From: Octopus bimaculoides | Lineage: Eukaryota | Assembly (NCBI RefSeq): GCF_001194135.2 | Contig: NC_068992.1 | Span: 1,733,040-1,797,039, forward strand | Reading direction: 5' to 3' | Length of the DNA stretch: 64,000 bases | Part shown: piece by piece, positions 27,837 to 40,105 of the stretch | Layout of the letters: each line of letters begins with the position of its first letter | Position numbering within the stretch: the first letter of the stretch is position 1 | Made by a program: the position numbers and the translations under genes | The notes under the pieces: generated by a model | Told to the model about the DNA's origin: nothing | The model's database searches: none | Seen by the model: the letters and a program-made list of their open reading frames with translations, nothing else

Positions 27837-29684
27837 AATAATAAAATAATATAAATAAGAGTTCATATATCACGTGGTTTATGTGTTTGTGTGTGCTTGT
27901 GTATGTATATGCATATGGATATATGCGTGTGTATGAAATCACATTTGATTGTGTGTTTGTGCATGATATTGCGCATGTGTCTATGTGTTTCTGCATGATA
28001 GTGTACATGTGTCTAAGTGTTTGTCTGTGTGTGTGTTCGTATGTGTGTGTGAGTGTGTCAGGTTGCGTGTGTATGTCTGTGTGTGTGTGTGTGTGCGTGC
28101 GTGTGTGTGTGTGTGTATGTGTGTATGTGTTTGTGTGTGTGTCTGTGTCTGTGCGCGCGCGCGCACGTACGATTTATCTGAAACAGATATGTGTACTTCC
28201 GCAACTATAATAGTATCTAGTTTGGTATATACAATGCGGATCGACGTAAAATAGATGTATGTTATTGCCTCATTTATAAGTAATACATAGATTAGTGTTG
28301 CTGATAACTTTATAGGAATGACATAGATAAAAGTAACAACATTTCAATGGCATATTCACATATCGCAGTTATACAAATGGCGTCCGTCATCGATTAAACA
28401 TATGAAAGGCTATATCGCTGCAATCTTATTTATATACATAAACATGGGCGCATATAGACTCACGCACACACATTAGTATTTATATAAGCTGAAAGAGAAA
28501 ATAATAATTAATGTGAGGGAGACTTCCCATAGTGTCGACTTGATATTGAATGCGAATTTCCACGCGAACTATACATTTCTACACATTTCCGCTTTCGCTG
28601 CCCTGAGCTGGTGGTGTTTGTGATTATTTAATTATATCCTGCTGCAGCAACCAACTCTATCGAAATATTCCTTATTGTATAGCAGATTTGAAATGATTTA
28701 ACATAGTTTTTTTTCTATATGGTCTCTTAAATGAAGGAGAGGAATGACTTTGAATTTTGGTAAATAAATATCCTATATCGTTTTCTGAAGCGTTTCATAT
28801 GCCTCTACATAAATGCGAATTCCCAGTAAATAAAATATTGCTAAGTCGCTTTTATAATTTTCAGGTAGAAATATCTGGAGAGTATTTTTAGCCTGTCAAA
28901 TATATGGCCAATCGTGTATTTGGAAATAGCCAACTCATCACCAGTACACAGATTACACATATCAAAACGGGTAGATTGTATTCAAAACATCTGATATAAA
29001 TAATTCAATGAGTTCCCAAATATCTACAGTAACAAACGATCCCATGTCAATATCAAATGATCTGCGTGGATGTGATCTCTTAACCTAAGCCGAGCCCATG
29101 TCAAAGAGCAAGGCCCTTATTATCGATTAAAGTGTTGTATATCTTAGCAAGATATAATTTCGCTTTCAGTAACTAATTAATTATCGGTGAGTAAAAGTCG
29201 ACTGAAGAAGGGTTTCACGATTGTTACTCTATTCGTATTCTTTGCAGTCATTCCTGTTATCAATATTTCTGATAATATTCTTCCTAATTTAGACGACCTT
29301 AAATTCAGCCGAGTCCATCTCTCTTCACGCTCATAAGCAAAATCATTCGAATTACCAGTGGCACTCAGGAAATCATTAACCTTTGTCAGAGTTCCTACTT
29401 TGTCTTCTGTTGCTAACTATATGGCTATATTCTCCTTAGTTTCTCCTGTAATCTTATAGGATTGCTGCCATGCAGTTAAGTGCAATGTTATTACTTACGT
29501 GTTCCCCATATAATCAATCACCTAATTACAGAAATTACCAATTCATCAATCACCTAATTACAGAAATTCATAATTTTCTCTTTAAACAATAAAGCACTTT
29601 CAGATTATTGTGTTTTTATTTTTTTTTCTGTTTTTTTTCCAATCTATTATGTTTCCAATTAATCTTTGAATCTACGGTTCATTT

Positions 29685-29935
29685 TAGTATGTTGCATTAT
29701 TTTCCTCATTTTGACATGGTTCCGTATTTTACTCATTTCCCAAAATTGCATTACTTTCCTCATTTTAAAAGGTTACAATATTTTCCTCGACGTTACGATA
29801 TTTTCCTCATTATCAGATGTTGCAATATTTTGCTCATTCTATAATGTAATAAAATTTCACACAGCTTAGAACTATTTTCCTGGTTTTAGGATGTCGCAGT
29901 ATTTTGCTCATTTTAGGACGTTGCCGTATTTTTAG
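29685..29935. repeat. Degenerate ~28-bp tandem repeat
   Basis: Recurring motif GTTGCA(A/T)TATTTTCCTCATTTT with diverged spacing, roughly 8 units. Confidence 0.75.
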
Positions 29936-30339
29936 CGAGAAATTCATTTTATTCACATTCGTGGTTAATATAATATTAATTGTTACTGTGGAGAGAGTTT
30001 AATCCACTGGACACACAAACCCTATAATTCATCAATTTTCCATCCGAATTTTCTAATGTTTCCCTGAAAAAATAAGTTTGCATTCAACCCCTAATTTATT
30101 TTAATTTTTTCATTCGTTCACCTATTTCTTTGCCTCTTTTTGCTTTCTTTGATTCTTTCTGCCTTTCTCTCATTCCTCTCTCTCTTTTCGTACTTGCCTC
30201 GTATCTTTCTCTCCGTCCTACCTAATTAATTGTATGCCTCTCTTTCTTGTATTAACCATTCCTTTTCTCTTTGATATTTTCTTCCATTATTTTTCTTTCT
30301 TTTTTTACTTCTAATCTTGCTAACACAGTCATAAGGTTA

Positions 30340-30476
30340 GAAATTTCATGGGAGAGGCTTGGTCGATATCATCGATACCAGTATTTGATTGCCTGCTAGT
30401 GGTATTTTATTTTATTGACCAAAAAAATTATTAAAAGCAAAGTTCACCTCAGCAGGATTTCAAATCAGAATGTAAG
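30340..30476 (-). mobile_element. SINE family B copy (diverged)
   Basis: GGTCGATATCATCGATACCAGT...TATTTTATTGACC...AAAAGCAAAGTTCACCTCAGCAGGATTTCAAATCAGAATGTAA is the reverse complement of family B. Confidence 0.65.
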
Positions 30477-30478
30477 GT

Positions 30479-30676
30479 GTATTCGCGTTGTGTTAATTTC
30501 AGGCATTCCCTAACGATGTGCCATACCCTTTCACCCCTCTCATCCTACATTCTGCATTTGTCGCTGCCATTAGTGTTATCGACTCTGCACTTCAATTACA
30601 TAGTCCTCAACGTCTGTTCTCGTGCTGCGCATATAAGAACTTCTGTCGCTGTCTTCAGGTCACTGCTTCTCGTCCA
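30479..30676 (-). mobile_element. Fragment of an RLE-type non-LTR retrotransposon (R4/NeSL-like), region of the C-terminal zinc finger
   Basis: Minus-strand translation WTRSSDLKTATEVLICAAREQTLRTM*LKCRVDNTNGSDKCRM*DERGERVWHIVRECLKLTQREY matches the LK.ETE.LICAAQEQ.LRT...CR.C...ETV.HI..EC..LAQ.EY motif of RLE LINEs. Two in-frame stops. Confidence 0.8.
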
Positions 30677-30783
30677 TTTTTGCTGTTGTAGTGGTGGTTG
30701 TTGCTGTAATCACTGTTGTTTCCTTTTAATCTGCATGATGCAACCACTGCCAGGACATACCTAACACTCTTGAGCAAGTGAAG

Positions 30784-30784
<1 letters not shown>

Positions 30785-30860
<76 letters not shown>

Positions 30861-30888
30861 CATCATCATCATCATCATCATTATTATT
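30785..30888. repeat. (ATT)n/(ATC)n microsatellite
   Basis: Near-pure trinucleotide run; source of the poly-Ile ORF. Confidence 0.95.
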
Positions 30889-31553
30889 TGGGTACCCCTC
30901 CGTGCTATTTGCTCTTGGTTGAATGCATGTTTATCAGTTAAACATACAATCTATCTTTTAGAGAAAAAATGTTGTCACCGTTAATTGCCAAGCCCTCCCC
31001 CCCTATTGTCTCAACATAGAAAACCATTATACATCTTCCTCGCATTCTGGCATTGTATATACTCGCTTTTAGTTAGTTGTAGGAAGCGGCTAACAAGAAA
31101 AATGAAAACAAAATGACAGCTAAAAGATAAGAGGCGTTATCTCTGCTCGACATGGGAAGTTTGATATGTATAAAAAAGAAATTTAGGCGGTCAAAATATA
31201 TCCATATGGATAATGTGCTCCGGAGCCTGCTTAATTTGCAGGAAGTAAAAAAAAACAAAAACAAAAAACAGTAGAGACATTTATTTGGTTACTGTAGTGA
31301 CTAGGACACTGTTTATTTGTCTGCATATAGAAATATTTTGTTTGACGTCTGGTCAAGATATTTCTTTTATTTGTTTCACAGTCATATCTCGGACCAACCT
31401 GTTTGCAGAAGACTTGAAAATTACGTTGTCTTGCATTTTATTGTTGTTATACATAAACGAAGACAAGAATATTTACATCAACACCCACAGACACATATTT
31501 ATATGCCTAAATATATAAGCATATATATAGCCAGTCTATACGCATACGTACAA

Positions 31554-31645
<92 letters not shown>

Positions 31646-31892
31646 TATGCATACATATATTGTATTTATGAAACAATCTTCCTCGTTTCCTCACTACATA
31701 TAATTTTAGAATCCCTTCACTAGCTGCCAAATGAAATTGCTATTCATTACTGAATTGTTAATTATTAAAGGGGCTGTATACTATCAAACCCCATCTTCCT
31801 CTAAAACTGTGCTCAACTAAGTAATACGGACGTGCGGCGATTTATTGTTATAAGCCGGATTATCATTAACATTGTTATTATTATTATTATCA

Positions 31893-31939
<47 letters not shown>

Positions 31940-31943
31940 GTAA

Positions 31944-31978
<35 letters not shown>

Positions 31979-32146
31979 AAGGTGGCAGAAACGGTAGCGC
32001 GCCGGGCGAAATGCTTAGCGGTGTTTCGCCCGTCGCTTCGTTCCGAGTTTAAACTCGTTCGAGGTCGACTTTACCGTTCCTGCTTTCAGGGTCGATAAAA
32101 ATATGTACCAGTTGAACGCTGCGGTGTATGTAATCGACTCATCCGC
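31979..32146 (+). mobile_element. SINE family B copy
   Basis: GGCAGAAACGGTAGCGCGCCGGGCGAAATGCTTAGCGGTGTTTCG...GAGTTTAAACTC...GAGGTCGACTTT...GGGTCGATAAAAATATGTACCAGTTGAAC...GTAATCGACT. Confidence 0.8.
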
Positions 32147-32204
32147 TACCACAAAATTACTGCTCTCGTGGCAAAAATTGTTTGATGTTAATATCATTAT
32201 TGGC

Positions 32205-32210
32205 AGCTGC

Positions 32211-32244
<34 letters not shown>

Positions 32245-32261
32245 GTAGCAGCAGTAGTAGC

Positions 32262-32313
<52 letters not shown>

Positions 32314-32512
32314 TATTGTTCCTTATTTTAAGATTATTGTTGATACTACTAATGTTTTTAATTATTTTCTTATCAATTGTATCATTATATTATTGTGATT
32401 TATTATTATTGTTATTATTATTATTATTATTAATATTATTATTATTATTATTATTTAATTTTAGATGGAAGAAGAAGAAGAAGAAGAAGAAGAAGAAGAA
32501 GAAGAAGAAGAA
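32205..32512. repeat. Compound trinucleotide repeat (AGC/AGT, ATT, GAA)
   Basis: Directly visible runs; source of the poly-S/L/K ORF. Confidence 0.95.
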
Positions 32513-32881
32513 GCGTAATCCCTCCATATATATCGCTTTGAACAAAAGGCTTAAGGCTCAGGGGGCAAAATTTCAAACCACTGAAGCTCTATAGTAAGAC
32601 ACACAATAAGTAACGTGCTTCGATTGAGATTCATTACAGGAATTGGCTCAACTCTTCTGTTGCAAATGTCAATAGGGCTGATCAGAGAATGCAGCGAATG
32701 AGAGAACCCTTAATCAACAAAGGTCATACAACTGACATTCATTCTTGAATGCGGGTAGTAAATACACTGCACGTTTAGGCATACATATATCATACATACA
32801 CACATACATACATACATACATACATACATACATACATACACGCGCACACACACACGCGCATACACATATATATGTACATGC

Positions 32882-32940
<59 letters not shown>

Positions 32941-33078
32941 TATATATGTATATATATGTATATATATATATATGTGTGTGTGTATATATATACGCATATA
33001 TGTATATGTGGTTATATATATATGCATACATACATTTATATACATATATATATTCATACATACATCTTTCTGTCTATT

Positions 33079-33119
<41 letters not shown>

Positions 33120-33598
33120 GCATACATATATCGTGGGGTATTTCTGCATATGTGTATGTGTGCCCCGCGCGCGCGCGTGTCTATGAGTTTGATTCTGAGT
33201 AAGTGACTGAAACTCTTTTCTTATGTGTATATATGCCAATATGTGTATGTGCGTGTATTTTTCTTGCGGTGATGGGCGTGTGTTTGTGTAGGATAAAATG
33301 TTAACATTTAATATGGTTGCATAGAAATGTAATGCATCGCATTGTCATAGCCAGACAGAATTTCAGGATGCAGAGAGGGCATTATTAACCAGCATTGTGT
33401 AATCACACATAAAATCACTGGGAAAGTTTACAGCACAGAATAAACAAACATTTATCTTCCAGGTCGTCATGCACACACATCAACATACCTTTGTGCACGC
33501 ATACACACATATACATGCACACACACAAATGCACCTGCAGACAATATATATATATATATATATATATATACTATGTGCATATATATATATATATACTA

Positions 33599-33639
<41 letters not shown>

Positions 33640-34561
33640 GTATGTACGTATATATATATATACATATATGTATATATAATTTTACACTCAGAGGTATCTG
33701 TGGCTAATACTGTGTGTATAAATGTATATATATACATAATCACGCATGCTATTTGCTTGTGTGAGCGGTTAGGTGTGCGTCTGTTGACAGCTAATGCAAT
33801 AATAACACGAGTGATTACCAACATCTAAGTGCGATATTAACGAGAGATAATAGAAACTAAGACCTAGCACTTAGTACACCTTATACAGAACGATCTCTGG
33901 GAGATTATCAATTACTATAGTTTGTACTGGAGATTTAAAAAAGAAAAAAAGAAAATCGTTGCTGGAGAATAGCATTTCTGATGTTGGTACTGGGAAAGTT
34001 TTTGGAATTATAAGTCAAGATTGAGAAGGGAGCAAAGAAATCGATACGTTATGCTTTTAAATTTTCCTTCATTTTGTCCATCACTACAATTTATCCAAAT
34101 TCTATTTCGGCCCACAAATGACAAGATGTAGAGCAAGATATTTCCGTTGGTATTATGTTATAGGAGGTAATTCTTGTCAGTCTCACATCTGATGCCTTAA
34201 GTCATTTTGGTACATGTTTTATCTGATCCAAGCATCCGCTGCAAAGCATTGGGGAATATTTAAAATGGTACCCGGACCCATTGTTATTATATTTGCTAAA
34301 AAGATGGATGTGCCTGAATATACTTTCTGTGTGTGTGTCTCTAGGCCGGAGAACAACAGTTAGGAAATCTTACTTGTTCTTCATGTTCAGGGGAAACATT
34401 AATCTATGTGTCTCCCTAATTATCATAATTAAATTTCTTCTACAGATTGGATCAATCATGTATTAGCTATATTTGTATACTAAGTATTCTTTGATATAAT
34501 TCTTTATTATTCTTCAATCGTTTCCTTTTACGTTATCTCTTCACCCCTCCTATATTATATA

Positions 34562-34624
<63 letters not shown>

Positions 34625-36811
34625 CCTATCTTTTTAGAGTCCCCACCAAACGACAGTCCTGTGGCAAATAAAAGTAATCAGCTTCGTCACTATTGTTGTA
34701 ATATTTATCATTGTTATTGTCGGTATTACCTTAATATAACTGATATGAGCACTACTTGTAGTGAAAGTTTATCTGATAATAGATAATTTAAATAAGTATT
34801 AAAAGAAATTAACTTGCCAGTGAAAGGCAAGTAATAAACAATCATTGATATGAGATGAAGAAATGTCTGGCGCCAGTCGTCAAACATTAACTTCAATATC
34901 AACATCTGTGTCACGTAAATCATGTCATATAAACAGTGTCACTAATGCAATCTTACTCAGAACTCTACTAAAATTAATTCTTCAATTTTGTAAAATTACT
35001 ATTTCTATTTTGAAGCTGAGTTCGATGAATCTTCCTACGAAAATTGATAAACAACTTTAATAAATCTATTTGGTGAAAATTTGCAAAACGTCTAACGCGT
35101 TAATGGCTGAACTTCTTCGAACATCTAGGGCGAATTTGATTTACATATTTACTTATACTTGGTAAGTAGCAGCAATGCAGATATATAGTTTATTATTAAT
35201 CGAAAGTCCTACTAAATTATCAAAAGCTATTAATTCACGAATAAGTATAATTTTGTTGTATGTTGGAGAATATATACTGCTGTTCACATTTAAGATTAGA
35301 ATATGTTTTACCGAAAACATTTCATAAAATATCAAACGGGAAATATATTTTACAATTGTGATTTAGCGAGTTCCTTAAACGCTATAACTGCTGTATGGTT
35401 GGGGTCTATGATACTATAATATTCTACTGATATTTATGTCATATCCAACTGATATACTGACAGTGTGTCCATCAACAGCGTCACCGACATAAGATGGCAG
35501 ATATCTTACATTTTACCAATTTATATTTTCTGTAAACTTATCACAATAAGGTTTTCAAACAATTTTATAGCTGATTTTGCTTGATATTCGCTTAATCATA
35601 TAACATGCTCAAAAATACCATTATTGTTAAACACACACGAAAGTCATTTCAATTATAACCAATCAGACGATAGGATATATTATTTTTATACCGATTGATA
35701 CCACTATATATCACTATACAGAAACCAATATTCTTTAAAATAAAGTGATAGGCCAAGTATGAAAATAGATGCTATTAGCAAACTTCGTTACGTATTATTG
35801 GTGCTAAACCATGCTTTGCGATGCATAGCAAAAATGTTTATAATGGTTTTCTGCAGTTGAATGAAAATGATGTCCATGTGGAGGAGGGGGACGTTGGAAA
35901 AAGAAGGGGAAAGAGGAAATTATAAGGACGATGTTAAACTATGATAGTGATAATGTTGAAAAACCTAGTCACGTAGCTGGTGTGCCTCACATACTTTCCC
36001 ATCCGTCCTCACTTCTCGAATCAAAGCTACGCATAAATTCTTTCTTTATTTATTTGTTTGCCAACGATTAAAACATAGAATAATTTTCTGAATACCTTCC
36101 TTCCTCACACAAATATTAAAATCCCATAACATTTTATTCTTTTCTGTCTCGCCATGTATGGCACCTTAAAAATCAAGGGACCCTGTGTGATTTCAGGTTG
36201 AAATTAATTGATCATCCGGGCCCGTATATTAATGGAAGTGGCCGTGGCAAGTTCATATTAAATAGCCGCAAAAGAAAGAGTCTTTTGTAAATATATCCAC
36301 TTCAAGCGCTACTTACTGGAAAATTAGATTTCCTCGTTTGCTATCAGGGATATTTTTTCGACCCCTCTGATTCAGGGGAGACAACCCATCTTCATTGACC
36401 TTTTTTTTTTCTTAACACGTATTCCTCGAGTTCTGAGCGTTTCCTCACATCTACGAGGAAGATATTTTAAATTTTGTATTTCTATAGCGTCTGACAAACT
36501 GTCGACAAGGTTTTGCTTTGTGGATGAGAAACCTTGGGTAACTCCGTGTCCAAGATATAAAGTTTTTGCTGTAATATATATATATATCCTTAGATAAGGT
36601 GAATGCGTCATCTAAACCTTTGATTGGCAGTATGGCTGACAGCGCAACCGACACCCTGATCAGTTAAATAAGAATTATCTTATATTACAAACACTTTTGG
36701 GGTTGTGACATATAAAATTCTCCTCATTATGTTTTTACTCATGGGAAACACTGGAATTATTATATGATCCTTTTTCTCCTCTATTTCTCTTTGTCTTTCT
36801 CGCTCTTTCTT

Positions 36812-36868
<57 letters not shown>

Positions 36869-37125
36869 TTACTTGTGTTATTTATGTTATACGTAGTGAG
36901 TATATACAGCAATATGTTTTTAATATACTTTTATGTAAACACTTTTTATGTGAAAATGTATTATTTTTCCGAATATATAAATATATAGAATAATGTTACT
37001 TACCCCTTTTGTTCGAGATTAGACTTGTTTCATTTAAGCAAAAATATATGTGTATAAATTTTTATCATATTTTGAACCCTGTCTCAGGTATCAATATTTG
37101 AACCCCTTCTTTGATATGCATATTG

Positions 37126-37586
37126 NNNNNNNNNNNNNNNNNNNNNNNNNNNNNNNNNNNNNNNNNNNNNNNNNNNNNNNNNNNNNNNNNNNNNNNNNNN
37201 NNNNNNNNNNNNNNNNNNNNNNNNNNNNNNNNNNNNNNNNNNNNNNNNNNNNNNNNNNNNNNNNNNNNNNNNNNNNNNNNNNNNNNNNNNNNNNNNNNNN
37301 NNNNNNNNNNNNNNNNNNNNNNNNNNNNNNNNNNNNNNNNNNNNNNNNNNNNNNNNNNNNNNNNNNNNNNNNNNNNNNNNNNNNNNNNNNNNNNNNNNNN
37401 NNNNNNNNNNNNNNNNNNNNNNNNNNNNNNNNNNNNNNNNNNNNNNNNNNNNNNNNNNNNNNNNNNNNNNNNNNNNNNNNNNNNNNNNNNNNNNNNNNNN
37501 NNNNNNNNNNNNNNNNNNNNNNNNNNNNNNNNNNNNNNNNNNNNNNNNNNNNNNNNNNNNNNNNNNNNNNNNNNNNNNNNNNNNNN
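37126..37586. other. Assembly gap (largest of seven; others at 3944-3978, 42852-43044, 50280-50501, 52152-52161, 57307-57316, 62872-62919)
   Basis: Runs of N, mostly flanked by microsatellites. Confidence 1.
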
Positions 37587-40049
37587 TATATATATATGCA
37601 TATAACTTCAAACTAACGCTGTGTTTAATTAATGTAGCATATAAGATTACTGAATGAGATAAAACAAAATATATATTTCAATAAAAAATACATATATCAT
37701 CCCATTGATCAACCACGATAAACTCCTCTGCTAAATTTCTTCAAAGCAATCTCTAACACGACTGAATTCCCACTTGATCAGAATGTGACCTCCATCTTTT
37801 AATCACTAACGTGTAGTTACTCACCAGTGTAGATAAGGTTACTTTTGATGATAATAAAAAAAGAAGCCTCACGACTCAAGTACGAAAATATGATGACGTG
37901 AAAAGAACAGTGGCACACCATTTTACCTGGAGACATCTCCATTCTGGGACCGCCAATAGGTGTTAAATATTTGCCGCTTAGAGTTTTAAAAAATTGGCTT
38001 CAAGTCGAAATGCGGTCCTAAGCCCGTCGAATAATTATTCTATTACTCAGCAGATGCTGTTTGGTTTCTTGCTAGATTGAAACTTATCCCTGTGAAAGTT
38101 GTCTTGTAATGAGCCATTTGCAAGTTCTTGGAAATCTAAGATGGTGAATTAAATACACTATGATTACCTGTTTTTATTCATGCATTTTATTTAATTTATT
38201 CTTGAAACGAATGAAATTTCTTTGAAATGTCGCTGAGAGAAAACAGTACCACAGGGATATAGCTATTAGATCATATCTCCAAATGATCTCAAGATAATAC
38301 CTCAGAACTCGTACAAGCATTTAGCTGAGCATATTTAATTTTAATTTGCACTGCATACTTATAACGGAAAATAAGCTAATGACCTCTGCAAATAATAAAC
38401 AAAATTAATTAAGTAAAGGATCCGTTGCTAAAACTTGAGATTTTGAAAGACTGGATCGACGGAGACTTAAAATCTAAGCGTTCCACAATCACCCGCCCTG
38501 TAACGGTTTTACTCATTAAGTAATAACTGGTTAAAAGCCAACCCATCACACAGGAGTATTCACACAAAAATGCAATCACATACAAAGATACAAGTGGATG
38601 ACAATGCTTGCTTGCTTGCGATTGTTGCTGTTATAATTAATCCATCTAGCATTTCAATAACAAGAAATATATAGACCTAGTTTATATATACCGAGATGTA
38701 CATCTGTGAAGTTCTATATAACTATGGTATACTATAAAGTCTTCAGAAAGTACAAACCTGCGATGTACACTAGGAAGGTGGAGGAAGAATTCAATGTTGG
38801 TCAATTGAAAAGTAGACAATAAAACTTAACATACAAATAACCTTATACTCCTTTTAATGTCTAACTTAAAGTTTACCCAGCTAACCATCCCATTTTTGAT
38901 TTGTAAATGTAACATAAGAAGAATATTTGTATTGGAGCAGTATACACTAAAACACCTATAAATGCCACTACATGCATGAACATTGTGAATATCGACATTG
39001 ATATAAAATGTGATTTATAAATTTTTATTCAGAAGAGCCTATAAAATGGCTGCAGCAAAATATCACAACATTAGTAGAATAAAACAAACGGCAATGAAAA
39101 ATGAATATACATATATTTTAGGAGACTTAACTAAAGAAAAATACACAAATTCAACAGGATAAATATATTCTGACCGAACAACTCCCAAGAAAACCCACCA
39201 AACCATACATAAAATACATTATATGGACCAATTGCACCCTGGTCATAAAACAGCTCGACTAGTTTTTCAAAAAATCATCAAAGAGAATACAAAATGTGTA
39301 TCATATTAATATCGTTCTATTAATCACATTAATAGCATTGTAAAGAAGTTAACATTTCCTCCTGAATAAAAATCCATTAGCCTGCAAGCTTCTAAATAAA
39401 TTTCAGATGACTGTCATTTACAAATTCATAAGCAAACATGAAAGCTGTACAGTTCATAACTCTGACTATTATATTTTACATACAACTATGTTATTTTTCA
39501 ATATTTCGCTCTATGTATTAATATATACAAAAAGTAATAATTGTAATGCATAATATTACACAACTAAAACACAAACTAGAAAAAAAAAGAGTTGATAACA
39601 AGACTATCTTATAAATAAATTTTTTCACCCCCAATTCTAGATGTTTATTAATTGAAGCTAAAAAAAAACGAAACTAAAAATGCTGTGTTGCAACATAGTT
39701 ATCGAATTCTTTCACCACATGTGAATGATTTCTTGTTTTGTGAATAAAACGCTACTTGAAGATTAAAACAATTTCCAGCCTTATGCAGTTCGTTCGCATG
39801 TAAATAACTTTTGGTCTAGTCCTACCGTTCAGTATTTGAATCATGTGAATTGTACAAAAACCCTTGGACAATGAAAGGACTATGTGCATGTGACAACTGC
39901 TGGACAAAAGCTCTGTGGAAGCCTATCAGACACATTTTCTTGTTAGTGGAGGTTAGAGCAATCGGTTGCTAGGATAAACACTATCACCTGTCATTTGGTG
40001 TATATATATACAATATATCAATCACGTGGAGTATGTGTGTTCGTGTGCG

Positions 40050-40105
<56 letters not shown>

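Noticed and set aside
37050-37616. Long ORFs spanning N-runs (also around 42675-43208 and 50215-50548)
   Set aside because: They stay open only because N codons cannot be stops.
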